A stretch of DNA of 64,000 bases, from assembly GCA_040755755.1 (NCBI GenBank), contig JBFLZW010000002.1, positions 66,397 through 130,396 of the forward strand. Direction: 5' to 3'. Source of the DNA: a bacterium. Its GTDB lineage: Bacteria; SZUA-182; DTGQ01. How positions within the stretch are numbered: position 1 is the stretch's first letter; every line of letters begins with the position of its first letter. A program made the position numbers and the translations under genes. Of this stretch, positions 37,296-46,436 are shown one piece after another. The notes below the pieces were generated by a model. That model searched no databases. It was not told where the DNA came from and was given only the letters and a program-made list of their open reading frames with translations.

Positions 37296-37349
37296 GTGCC
37301 ATTCGATTTAAACGCCATTCAAGATAAAAAGAAGGGAGGCTTTTTGAGC

Positions 37350-38123
37350 ATGTCTGACAGTATTGACTATACAATTTACGGCGATGATATGCAGCTTGTC
37401 GAGATTGAATTAGATCCTGCTGAGGGAGTGAGAGCTGAAGCAGGGGCCATGATGTATATGGACGAAGGAATTGAGATGCAGACCTCTACCGGTGGCGGCG
37501 TATTTAAAGGACTCAAACGGATGATCACCGGAGAGAGTTTTTTTATCACCAGCTTCCTGAACAGTGGGAGAGGCAAGGCACACGTTGCCTTTGGTGCTCC
37601 CTATCCGGGGAAAATAATCCCTCTCGAATTGGATAAACTGGGAGGCAAATTCATTTGCCAGAAAGACGCTTTCCTGTGTGCAGCCCAGGGGATTGAAATT
37701 GAAATTGCTTTTACCAAAAAGATCGGTGCAGGGCTCTTTGGCGGCGAGGGGTTTATCCTGCAGCGGCTCGAAGGTGACGGCATGGCTTTTGCTCATGCAG
37801 GAGGAACGATTATCAGACGGGAGCTTCGAGAGAACGAGGTACTGCGGGTAGATACCGGCTGTCTGGTAGCCTTTTCCCCCTCGGTGGATTACGATATCCA
37901 ATTTGTTGGAGGATTCAAGAACGCTCTTTTTGGCGGGGAAGGGATATTCCTGGCCAGGATGACCGGCCCAGGGCTCGTTTACCTGCAAAGCCTTCCCTTT
38001 TCACGCCTTGCGGATCGCATTTATGCAGCCTCCCGCTTTCAGCAAAGAGATGAGCGAAAAGGCATTGCCGGTATTGGTGGTGGTGTGTTGGGTGGAATCC
38101 TGGGAGGAGACCGCTCTTTTTAG
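37350..38123 (+). CDS. AIM24-family (DUF124) protein
   Basis: Gly-rich beta-rich pattern (GEGFILQRLEGDGMAF...GGEGIFLARMTGPG). RBS gaagggagg. Confidence 0.6.
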   Translation: MSDSIDYTIYGDDMQLVEIELDPAEGVRAEAGAMMYMDEGIEMQTSTGGGVFKGLKRMITGESFFITSFLNSGRGKAHVAFGAPYPGKIIPLELDKLGGKFICQKDAFLCAAQGIEIEIAFTKKIGAGLFGGEGFILQRLEGDGMAFAHAGGTIIRRELRENEVLRVDTGCLVAFSPSVDYDIQFVGGFKNALFGGEGIFLARMTGPGLVYLQSLPFSRLADRIYAASRFQQRDERKGIAGIGGGVLGGILGGDRSF

Positions 38124-38193
38124 CGTCCTGGCAATAAGGAGTAAAAAGAGGCTGTCGCCGCTCTCTAACGCTCCTACTTAAAGAAGGATTAAT

Positions 38194-38580
38194 ATGCAGG
38201 TAGTTACTGCCGCGGTTATTGAAAAAGGTGGTAAGCTCCTGATTGCTCGAAGGAGGAAAGGGGACCACCTGGAAAATAAGTGGGAATTTCCTGGAGGCAA
38301 ATTAGAGCGGGGAGAAACTCCGGAGCAATGCCTGAGAAGAGAGCTGTTCGAAGAGTTTGGCATTGAGACGAGGATCGGAGACTTTATCTGCTCAAGCAGA
38401 TTTGTGTACAGCCACATCTCCATCGAGTTATTGGCTTACCGGGCAGAGCATCTCTCCGGAGAGTTTACCGTGCATGAACATGAAGAAATACGATGGGTAT
38501 GGCCACGCGAACTTGAAGCTTATGATTTTGCCGATGCGGATATTCCTATCGTTAAGAAATTGGTGCAGGGTTGCCCATAG
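38194..38580 (+). CDS. NUDIX hydrolase (MutT-like)
   Basis: Nudix box GGKLERGETPEQCLRRELFEEFGI. Confidence 0.85.
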   Translation: MQVVTAAVIEKGGKLLIARRRKGDHLENKWEFPGGKLERGETPEQCLRRELFEEFGIETRIGDFICSSRFVYSHISIELLAYRAEHLSGEFTVHEHEEIRWVWPRELEAYDFADADIPIVKKLVQGCP

Positions 38581-38700
38581 GGTGCGGATGGATATTGAGC
38601 GGTATGATTTCAAGGATAGGCGATTATACTGCAAAATTCCTTTATTCATATTCCTGGCATTGGAGAAATAACTGAAAGAAATCTGTGGACAAAGGGTCTC

Positions 38701-39360
38701 ATGACCTGGGATGACTTTTTGGATAACCGGCATGGGAGCGGCTTTGGGATTCAGAAAAGAGAGGCAATTTCGAAATACCCGCTCCTCTCCAAAGAGGCTC
38801 TTTCCTCTCGAGATTACCGTTTTTTTGAGGATTGCTTCCCCAATAAGGAAAAGTGGCGGTTATTCGATGAATTTAAAGGTCATGTGGCCTACCTGGACAT
38901 TGAAACCACAGGTTTATCCCCCTGGGAGGGCTCCATAACCGTCATAGGTTTGTACGATGGAGAACAAGCGAAAACCTTCGTTCAGGGAGACAATCTTCAG
39001 GCGTTTACTGATGAAATAGAACGATACAAAATGATAGTCACCTTTAATGGGGCGCGGTTTGATATACCATTTATCAAACAATCCCTCAACGCGCGACTGG
39101 ACCAGATCAATATTGATCTCATGTACCCTTTAAAGCGGCTTGGCTATTCAGGAGGCTTAAAAGCAATTGAGCAAACGCTTGGCATCTTTCGCCCGATTGA
39201 GATTGGAAATATAGATGGTCTTGAGGCTGTGAGGCTTTGGTTTGAATATCACAGAAAGGGTAATCAAAGAGCACTGGAAAGGCTCATAAAATATAATCTT
39301 GAGGATACAAGAAACCTCAAGGGGTTAATGGAACTGGTTTACGAGAGGCTCAAAGAGTGA
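38701..39360 (+). CDS. RNase H-like superfamily 3'-5' exonuclease (YprB-like)
   Basis: AYLDIETTGL DEDD-like motif and FNGARFDIPF. Confidence 0.6.
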   Translation: MTWDDFLDNRHGSGFGIQKREAISKYPLLSKEALSSRDYRFFEDCFPNKEKWRLFDEFKGHVAYLDIETTGLSPWEGSITVIGLYDGEQAKTFVQGDNLQAFTDEIERYKMIVTFNGARFDIPFIKQSLNARLDQINIDLMYPLKRLGYSGGLKAIEQTLGIFRPIEIGNIDGLEAVRLWFEYHRKGNQRALERLIKYNLEDTRNLKGLMELVYERLKE

Positions 39361-39572
39361 ACCTTTCCATTTCTTTAATCCTTTGTAAGATGAGCAGGTA
39401 TGGAAGCATGGGTTTGAGCGATAGAGAATATAAGCGCTCTTTTTTGATTTATGGGAGACGATGGAGCGTCAGCGGAAAGAGTGCGCCAGACTCAGAGGAG
39501 AGAATGTTGAGCTTGATCATTGCTTAAGTCAGCATATTACATTATAATTTAAAGATAACAAATGTTTTAACA

Positions 39573-39745
39573 GGTTTCGTTACCGGACACTTTTTTCAAT
39601 TCCTGTAATCAACCGCGAATGCACACGAATAGACGCTAATAAATTCTTTTGATTTGCATTCATTATTGAGTCCTCTTTGTTCAGTTCGCGTTCATTCGCG
39701 TTCATTTGCGGTTGTTACCTCAAAAGTGTCCGGTAGCGAATAACA
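39573..39745. repeat. Large (~170 bp) imperfect palindromic intergenic element
   Basis: ggtttcgttaccggacactttt ... aaaagtgtccggtagcgaataac, with inner arms caaccgcgaatgcacacgaat ... attcgcgttcatttgcggttg. Confidence 0.55.
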
Positions 39746-39811
39746 GATATTTAATGCCGATAACCAGATTACCGAGTATCGGTATATGACATCTATTTCG
39801 CAAGGCAAGAA

Positions 39812-40189
39812 ATGAAGGCTACAGCTATTAAAGAGCAAAGAACAGGGGCATTGATTCCTTCGGAAACGATTTCTGCTGTTATCCGGGCTATCGCTGAGAG
39901 CTTCTCCCCCCAGAAAATTATTCTCTTTGGCTCATATGCATCAGGGCATCCAACACCAGACAGTGATCTTGATCTTTTGGTCATTATGGAGAGTGACCTG
40001 CCGCGACACAAACGGGCTGTCCCGATTCGGCGGCTTTTTCGTCCGACTCCCTGCGCCATGGATATCCTGGTTTATACGCCGCAGGAGGCGGAATACTGGA
40101 ATGGGGTAGCTAACCACATTATTACCGAGGTATTCGAAACGGGAAAGGTTGTGTATGAAAGACCAAACAATGAGAGATCGAAACCGTGA
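39812..40189 (+). CDS. Nucleotidyltransferase-domain protein (MntA-like antitoxin)
   Basis: LFGSYASGHPTPDSDLDLLV. Confidence 0.75.
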   Translation: MKATAIKEQRTGALIPSETISAVIRAIAESFSPQKIILFGSYASGHPTPDSDLDLLVIMESDLPRHKRAVPIRRLFRPTPCAMDILVYTPQEAEYWNGVANHIITEVFETGKVVYERPNNERSKP

Positions 40190-40578
40190 GTTGGCCCTGC
40201 AATGGCTGAAAAAGGCAGATCACGACCTGATCACGGCCAGACAAACCCTTGCACTGCCGGATGGCCCGACCGATACTCCCTGCTTTCATGCCCAGCAGGC
40301 TGTGGAAAAAGCATTAAAGGGCTATACTGACTTTTCATCAGATTGCTTTCCCCAAGATTCATGACCTGATGAGGCTCATAGATATGGTAATCCCCTCATT
40401 GCCAGCTTTGGAAGGTTGCCGAGAGTCACTGGCTGAATTGTCGGAGTATGCAGTAGAGATCCGTTATCCAGGAGATTGGTTTGAACCCTTACGGAGTGAA
40501 GCAGAAAAAGCTTTTGCAGTTGCTGAGCAGGTTGTGAATATGGCCAGGGAGTATATGGCAGATAAAATGCAAAAATGA
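40155..40578 (+). pseudogene. HEPN-domain protein gene interrupted by a frameshift near 40325-40335
   Basis: Frame A reads ...HAQQAVEKALKGY then a stop. The +1 frame continues TFHQIAFPKIHDLMRLIDMV...EIRYP, which is HEPN. Confidence 0.6.
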
Positions 40579-40605
40579 ACCTGGCTCAACTCAACACCTG
40601 CGGGG

Positions 40606-41178
40606 TTAAGCCCGTGAAATATAGCGTACATCCCGGGTATCAATCTTGATCCTTTCCCCTTCTTTCATATAACTTGGCACCTGGAGCGTCAGGCCGGTCT
40701 CGGTCCGGGCCGTTTTGCTCTGGGCTTGAGCCGTCGCTCCCTTGATCACCGGATCGCATTCGACGATGGTTTGCTCCACAACCTGGGGGAGATCGACATT
40801 GACCACATTCCCCTTATAGATATGCAGGATAACATCCAGGCCATCCATCAGAAACAGTTTCCGGTCCCCGATAGTTTCCTCCGACAGGCTCACCTGATCA
40901 TAGGTTTCCTTATCCATAAAGACAAAATCTCTCCCGTCGGCATAGAGAAACTGGCCGCTTCGTCGCTCGAAATCGGGCTGCTCTACCTTGTCACCCCCCC
41001 GGAAGGATTTGTCGAATACCTGCCCGGTGAGTAAATTCCTGCACTTGACCTTGACAAACATATTTGCCCCGCGTGCCGAAGGGGTCTGAAAAGCCAGATC
41101 AAGGACTTCAAAGGGAGCATCATCTATCTGGAAAATTTCACCTCGCTTCAGGTCATTTACCACTATTACACCCGCCAT
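40606..41178 (-). CDS. efp: Elongation factor P
   Basis: 190 aa, recognised by overall EF-P similarity. Confidence 0.95.
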   Translation of the reverse strand: MAGVIVVNDLKRGEIFQIDDAPFEVLDLAFQTPSARGANMFVKVKCRNLLTGQVFDKSFRGGDKVEQPDFERRSGQFLYADGRDFVFMDKETYDQVSLSEETIGDRKLFLMDGLDVILHIYKGNVVNVDLPQVVEQTIVECDPVIKGATAQAQSKTARTETGLTLQVPSYMKEGERIKIDTRDVRYISRA

Positions 41179-41404
41179 CCTTCTTTCTCCTCCTTATATC
41201 ATGTGGCTACCCTTGGTAATCGTAAATTTACAGAGTTTTTTCTTCGGAGTATACTGGTATCCTGACCTTCCGTCAAGAGGTTGGTTGTCGCCAATAAATT
41301 TGTTTCCGTTTGACCTGCAAAGTATGGTATTCTACGAGCATTAGGTTATCCAAGGGCCTATTAATGTTACTGGATTCTAGCCTGAAGCTTATGGAGATCG
41401 AATT

Positions 41405-42559
41405 ATGATTGTCTCTCGCCTTATCCTCAAGAATTGGCGTAACTTCCAATCAGTAGACGTCCAATTGGGCGATCGGGTTTTTTTGGTTGGCCCGAATGCA
41501 TCGGGCAAATCGAACCTGCTCGATGTGTTCCGCTTTCTGCGAGATATTGCTACCAGGCAGGGAGGAGGTTTGCAGAAGGCAGTCAAGGACCGGGGTGGAA
41601 TATCTAAGATACGCTGCCTGGCTGCTCGGAGATTCCCGAATATTGAAATTGAAATCCACCTGGCTGAAGCTGCCGGTAAGGGGCCACTTTGGAAGTACGG
41701 CATTGGGATTACCCAGGAAACCAGTGGCTACCGCCAGCCAATTCTGGCCTACGAGCGGGTATGGGAGCGGCAGGAAGGCGACTTGCTCATCCGCCCGGAT
41801 AATCAGGATAGAAAAGACAAGGTGCGGCTGACTCAGACACACCTGGAGCAAATTAATGCTAATAAGTGCTTTAGAGGCATCGCTGAATTCTTTGAATCCG
41901 TTCTCTATCTGCATCTTGTGCCTCAACTGCTCCGCCACCCTGAAGCTTTCTCAGGGCCTGGCATTTCAGGAGACCCCTTTGGCCGGAGTTTTTTGGAACG
42001 TGTTGCCTTAATGCCTTCCAAATCCCGTACTTCACGTTTAAAGAAGATTGAGGAGGCTCTCCGCGTTGCAGTTCCACAACTAAAGCAGCTTACCTTTCAA
42101 AAAGATGAGCTCGGCATCCCGCATCTTGAGGCAATTTATGAACATTGGAGGCCCAAGGGGGCCAAGCAGCGTGAAGATCTTTTCTCCGATGGTACCTTGC
42201 GACTGATCGGCATGCTTTGGTCACTTCTTGAGGGAGATTCATTATTGCTGCTTGAGGAACCGGAGCTATCGTTAAACTCCGGTATTGTCAGCAAACTGCC
42301 CGGCCTGATGGCTAAACTGCACAGGGCAAAAAAAAGGCAGATTATTCTCAGTACTCACAGCGCTGATCTGCTTTCGGACAAGGGCATAGGCGGTGAAGAG
42401 GTTCTTCTCTTAACTCCTGACCCGGAAGGCACAAAGGTTGAAGAGGCATCCTCTATTCAGGAGATAAAGGACCTGCTTGAAGGAGGATTGAGCATAGCCG
42501 AGGCAGCCCTGCCTCGAACAGTACCCCGGGGAATAATTCAACTGGAGCTTTTTAAATGA
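41405..42559 (+). CDS. AAA_21/ABC-type ATPase (OLD/AriA-like) of a putative two-gene defence module
   Basis: Walker A GPNASGKSNLLD, Walker B LLLLEEPE, ILSTHS. 384 aa. Confidence 0.75.
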   Translation: MIVSRLILKNWRNFQSVDVQLGDRVFLVGPNASGKSNLLDVFRFLRDIATRQGGGLQKAVKDRGGISKIRCLAARRFPNIEIEIHLAEAAGKGPLWKYGIGITQETSGYRQPILAYERVWERQEGDLLIRPDNQDRKDKVRLTQTHLEQINANKCFRGIAEFFESVLYLHLVPQLLRHPEAFSGPGISGDPFGRSFLERVALMPSKSRTSRLKKIEEALRVAVPQLKQLTFQKDELGIPHLEAIYEHWRPKGAKQREDLFSDGTLRLIGMLWSLLEGDSLLLLEEPELSLNSGIVSKLPGLMAKLHRAKKRQIILSTHSADLLSDKGIGGEEVLLLTPDPEGTKVEEASSIQEIKDLLEGGLSIAEAALPRTVPRGIIQLELFK

Positions 42560-43056
42560 CAGTACCCATCTCCATCGACATTGCCGTCGAAGATTCACTC
42601 AGCGAGGCGGTTTTACGAAAAGTCATTGATCAATCAGGACGGCATTGGCAGGTTGGTACCTGCCACCAGAGGGGTGGCTTTGGCTATTTGAAGCAAAAAA
42701 TAGAAGGATTTAACTCTGCCGCCAAAGGGAAACCTTTTTTGGTGCTCACAGACCTTGACAGGGCAGATTGCCCGATTGCACTCATTCAGGAATGGCTGAC
42801 GGTTCCCAGACATCCTGACCTGCTGTTTCGAGTGGCAGTAAGGGAGGTTGAATCATGGCTTCTGGCCGACCGCACCGGGTTAGCTCAATTCCTTGGCATA
42901 CAGGAATCGCTGGTGCCGGGTGATCCTGATACGATTCCGGACCCAAAACAGTGCTTGATTAGCCTCGCAAGAAAGTCGCGATATCGGGCTTTGCGTTCGG
43001 ATATCGTTCCATTACCCGGAAGTACCGCAAAACAGGGTCGAAATTACAATGGGTGA
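42556..43056 (+). CDS. DUF4276-family (Toprim-like) partner protein
   Basis: IAVEDSLSE (the VEG-E equivalent), LVLTDLD (DxD), REVESWLLAD (EFEAWLLAD-type motif). ATGA overlap with the ATPase gene. Confidence 0.65.
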   Translation: MTVPISIDIAVEDSLSEAVLRKVIDQSGRHWQVGTCHQRGGFGYLKQKIEGFNSAAKGKPFLVLTDLDRADCPIALIQEWLTVPRHPDLLFRVAVREVESWLLADRTGLAQFLGIQESLVPGDPDTIPDPKQCLISLARKSRYRALRSDIVPLPGSTAKQGRNYNG

Positions 43057-43475
43057 CTAATCTCATTTGTCCAAAAATCCTGGGACCATTGGATAGCCAT
43101 GCATCACTCACCCAGTCTGTACCGTACAGTAAACGCCATTGCTCAATTTCAACTAAACCAGTAAAATTCATCCTGTCTTCTTCAGTGGCATGACAATTGC
43201 TATTTTATACTGCATGAGGTGAATTTTTCTTTCCCATTACCGTGCCCTTAAGGTCGCAGAAAAAAATTTTTGCGTAATCATGCCGGTCAAGTGAAGAAAA
43301 TTCCCAAGTGGATTGATTCTCAGGACGAAATCATTTATAGTAGGGTTACTTTTTTATGCCCTGTGCAACTCTGCTCTTTGCCAGTACATTTTATACTCCA
43401 CGAGAAACAGACTTCATCTCGAATAATACTTGAAATGATTTAATATGGACGATAGTAAGAGGAGATTCATTTCTT

Positions 43476-45365
43476 ATGAAAGTGAAGTTGAATTATGTTG
43501 TGCTCACCTGCCTTATTCCTTTCCTGTGTACGGCTATAATCGGATGTTCCCAGGCATTGCTGCCGACAGCGGGAAACCATTCCTCTCAGGAAGCTGACAC
43601 TTCCCAGGGCGAAGAATTTTTCGAAGAAAATAAGGAAAATCATTCTCAAAAAAAATTTTCTCCCTCACGCAGTCAGGAGGAGAATCATGCCCTGGCTGAA
43701 AAACAAATAAAAAGCTCGACCGCTTTTCAGCCCCCGGATGTGCGGGAGTCTGATCTCCAGGCAACGGATATCAACCCGGACGATCAAGCTGAAGCTCAAG
43801 AAGAAATCGATTCTTCAGAGGATTATCAGGATGCGGAGTCAGAAAATGGTGACGAAACACCCCTGGAAGAGGATGTCGAGGAAAGCTCCCCGCAGGAGAA
43901 GCTGGATGCTGCTCTTCAGCTCTGTCAGGAAGCTCAGAAGCAGTGGGAGGGAGGCAATTCGGACGGGGCTATGGAGAGTCTGGATAGTGCCTATGAGTTG
44001 CTGACGTCCGTTGATCCTGATAATGATGCTGACCTGTTGCAGCAAAAGGATGATATCCGGTTTCTGATTTCCAAACGGACGGTGGAGATATACGCCTCCC
44101 GGCAAAATGTGGTCAATGGGACACACCGTGAAATCCCCCTGGCCATGAACGAGCATGTAAAAAGAGAAGTCAATTCCTTTCTGGGAATCGAGAGAGAACA
44201 CTTTCTGGAGGCTTTCAGCCGCTCCGGGCTCTATCGCCCCATGATTGTCAAGGAACTGAGTGATGCCGGTCTTCCAACCAAGCTTTCCTGGCTGCCGCTT
44301 ATTGAAAGCTACTTTAAAGAAAAAGCCTTCTCCCGGGCCCGTGCTCTGGGTTTATGGCAATTCATTCCTTCAACCGGCTGCAAGTTCGGCCTCAAGAGGG
44401 ATAAATGGGTCGATGAGAGAATGGATCCGCAAAAATCAACCCGGGCGGCCATTGAATATCTCAGGCAACTGCATCAGATGTTTGGCGACTGGACTACGGT
44501 CCTGGCCGCTTATAACTGCGGAGAAGGGACGGTCATGCGGGTAATCCGCAATCAACATATTAATTACCTGGATAACTTCTGGGACCTTTATGATCGCCTC
44601 CCCCAGGAAACCGCCCGCTATGTTCCCCGGTTCCTGGCTGCCATTCAGATCATCGAAGATCCTAACCGGTTCGGTATCGATTTAGACCCGCCACTTCCCC
44701 CCCTTGAATACGAAACAATCACCGTAAAGCGGCAGATCCCCCTGAAAGGCCTGGCCGAGAAACTGGGGATCGGCGAAAAATTATTGACTGACCTGAACCC
44801 TGAGCTCCGCTATCAGATAACGCCAGACTACGAGTACCGGTTGAAGATTCCCCTGAATACCAGAGAACAAGTCCTCGCCTGCCTGGAGTCGATTCCTGAA
44901 ACCCCTCCGCCGGAACCTGAAGATACGCAGATTGAGCGAATCAAGCAAAAAGCCAAGAATACTCTGGCAAAAACTAAACCAAAGCCCGCACCTGAGGCAA
45001 TTACCGTCCGGCTGAGGAAGGGAGACACCCTCAATAAATTAGCCCGGAAGTACGGGACCACGGTCAAAGCAATTGCGGCAGCTAACCGCATCAAGAGCAC
45101 CAAGCGGCTTAAGGCTGGCCAGCAGCTTCGCATTCCACTCAAGCCTGACAAGGTACTCTCTCAAAATAATTCCTCTCCTGCTCAGAAAGGGAAGAAGAAG
45201 GCTGATGTCAGTCGATACCAGGTCTACTTGGTTAAAAAAGGAGACTACCCAGCAAAGATAGCCAAAAACCATAATCTGGATTTGGCTGAATTTTTAAAGC
45301 TCAATAAGCTTTCTTCCAGGAGCACCATTCGCCCTGGTCAGCGTGTCCTGGTTAAGATTGATTAG
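43476..45365 (+). CDS. Membrane-bound lytic murein transglycosylase (MltD-like lipoprotein) with two C-terminal LysM domains
   Basis: Lipobox IIGCS. SLT motifs ES.F....S.ARALGLWQF and AYNCGEG. LysM repeats with conserved GDTL and GD positions. Confidence 0.8.
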   Translation: MKVKLNYVVLTCLIPFLCTAIIGCSQALLPTAGNHSSQEADTSQGEEFFEENKENHSQKKFSPSRSQEENHALAEKQIKSSTAFQPPDVRESDLQATDINPDDQAEAQEEIDSSEDYQDAESENGDETPLEEDVEESSPQEKLDAALQLCQEAQKQWEGGNSDGAMESLDSAYELLTSVDPDNDADLLQQKDDIRFLISKRTVEIYASRQNVVNGTHREIPLAMNEHVKREVNSFLGIEREHFLEAFSRSGLYRPMIVKELSDAGLPTKLSWLPLIESYFKEKAFSRARALGLWQFIPSTGCKFGLKRDKWVDERMDPQKSTRAAIEYLRQLHQMFGDWTTVLAAYNCGEGTVMRVIRNQHINYLDNFWDLYDRLPQETARYVPRFLAAIQIIEDPNRFGIDLDPPLPPLEYETITVKRQIPLKGLAEKLGIGEKLLTDLNPELRYQITPDYEYRLKIPLNTREQVLACLESIPETPPPEPEDTQIERIKQKAKNTLAKTKPKPAPEAITVRLRKGDTLNKLARKYGTTVKAIAAANRIKSTKRLKAGQQLRIPLKPDKVLSQNNSSPAQKGKKKADVSRYQVYLVKKGDYPAKIAKNHNLDLAEFLKLNKLSSRSTIRPGQRVLVKID

Positions 45366-45377
45366 TGGCTTCACTGC

Positions 45378-45416
45378 TCTCCTCCCCCCTTGAAGGGGGA
45401 GGCTGGGTGGGGGTGA
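45378..45416. repeat. GC-rich palindrome, family E partial copy
   Basis: ctcctcccccctTGAAgggggaggctgggtgggggtg. Related to 60965-61011. Confidence 0.45.
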
Positions 45417-45499
45417 TGGTTATTTTCACCTTCCTCATTGATAAAAGGGAAATGGACAATTATCTTTACTGATAACTGAAGACTGATAGCTTCTTTTCA

Positions 45500-45883
45500 T
45501 CAGTGCCTTTTGGCATCCTCAAAATACTGCGCATAAGCGCTGTCTGACTCCCATACCCGAACCGAAGATACCCGAGCCGATGATCCCTGGAGCTCCTCGC
45601 TGGCCTGCTCGAATATATATTTGGCAATGTTTTCCGAGGAAGGATTATGCTCCTCGAAGGGAGGCAGGGTATTTAAGTTTGTGTGATCAAGGGTCTGCAG
45701 GATATCGTGCAGACACTTTTTCAGATGCTTAAAATCCAGGGCCAGCCCCACCTCGTTGACCTGTTCCGCGGTGACATAGAGCTGAACCCTCCAGTTATGC
45801 CCGTGCAGTGATTCGCATTTTCCCCTGTAGCCCCGCAACTGATGGGCTGCTGCAAAGCTTGCACTGACCATGAGTTTATACAT
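45500..45883 (-). CDS. queD: 6-carboxy-5,6,7,8-tetrahydropterin synthase QueD
   Basis: CESLHGHNW (CxxHGH) zinc motif. Start taken at MYKLMV with RBS ggaggag. Confidence 0.85.
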   Translation of the reverse strand: MYKLMVSASFAAAHQLRGYRGKCESLHGHNWRVQLYVTAEQVNEVGLALDFKHLKKCLHDILQTLDHTNLNTLPPFEEHNPSSENIAKYIFEQASEELQGSSARVSSVRVWESDSAYAQYFEDAKRH

Positions 45884-46139
45884 GCTCTCCTCCATCCGGT
45901 TGGTGATTCAATTGCTTCCTATTTTGAATATTGCCGAATGTGCATCTTTCGTTTTGAGCTATTTTATTTTAAAATGTCATTAGCTGAGCGCTATGCACCA
46001 TAATAAATCCTTCACCCCAACCCTCGCCCCTCATGGGCACATGGCTATCCCTCCAAGGCTAACGGTACGCCTCTCGGCGATGCTTTACCCGACATTCTCT
46101 TTGACCCTCCAATCTTGCGGGCACCAACAGGTCTAGGGA

Positions 46140-46415
46140 GAATGGCACTTACATAAGAATTAGTAATTCTCCCGCAGAGACGCTGAGACGCAGAGGATAT
46201 CATTGAAAAGTAAAAGTAAAACAAGTTCCTCCTTGTGCCTTTTTACTTTTTGCTTGCTTCCAGGCCGTTGACACATCGATATATCCCGACTTTCATCAGG
46301 ACCTTGCCGGATTGGTTGTTCTCTGCGTCTCTGCGTCTCTGCGGGAGATATTTTTTTCCCTGTGTGCTTTGTGTCCTCTCTATATTATAAGCTTGGCTTA
46401 TGTAAGTGCCATTCG
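46140..46415 (-). mobile_element. Second MITE copy (inverted orientation), approximate 7-8 bp target-site duplication GTCTARG
   Basis: Reverse complement is near-identical to 37030-37295. Flanks are gtctaggg and gtctaagc. Confidence 0.75.
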
Positions 46416-46436
46416 GTCTAAGCCGTTTATAGTATA

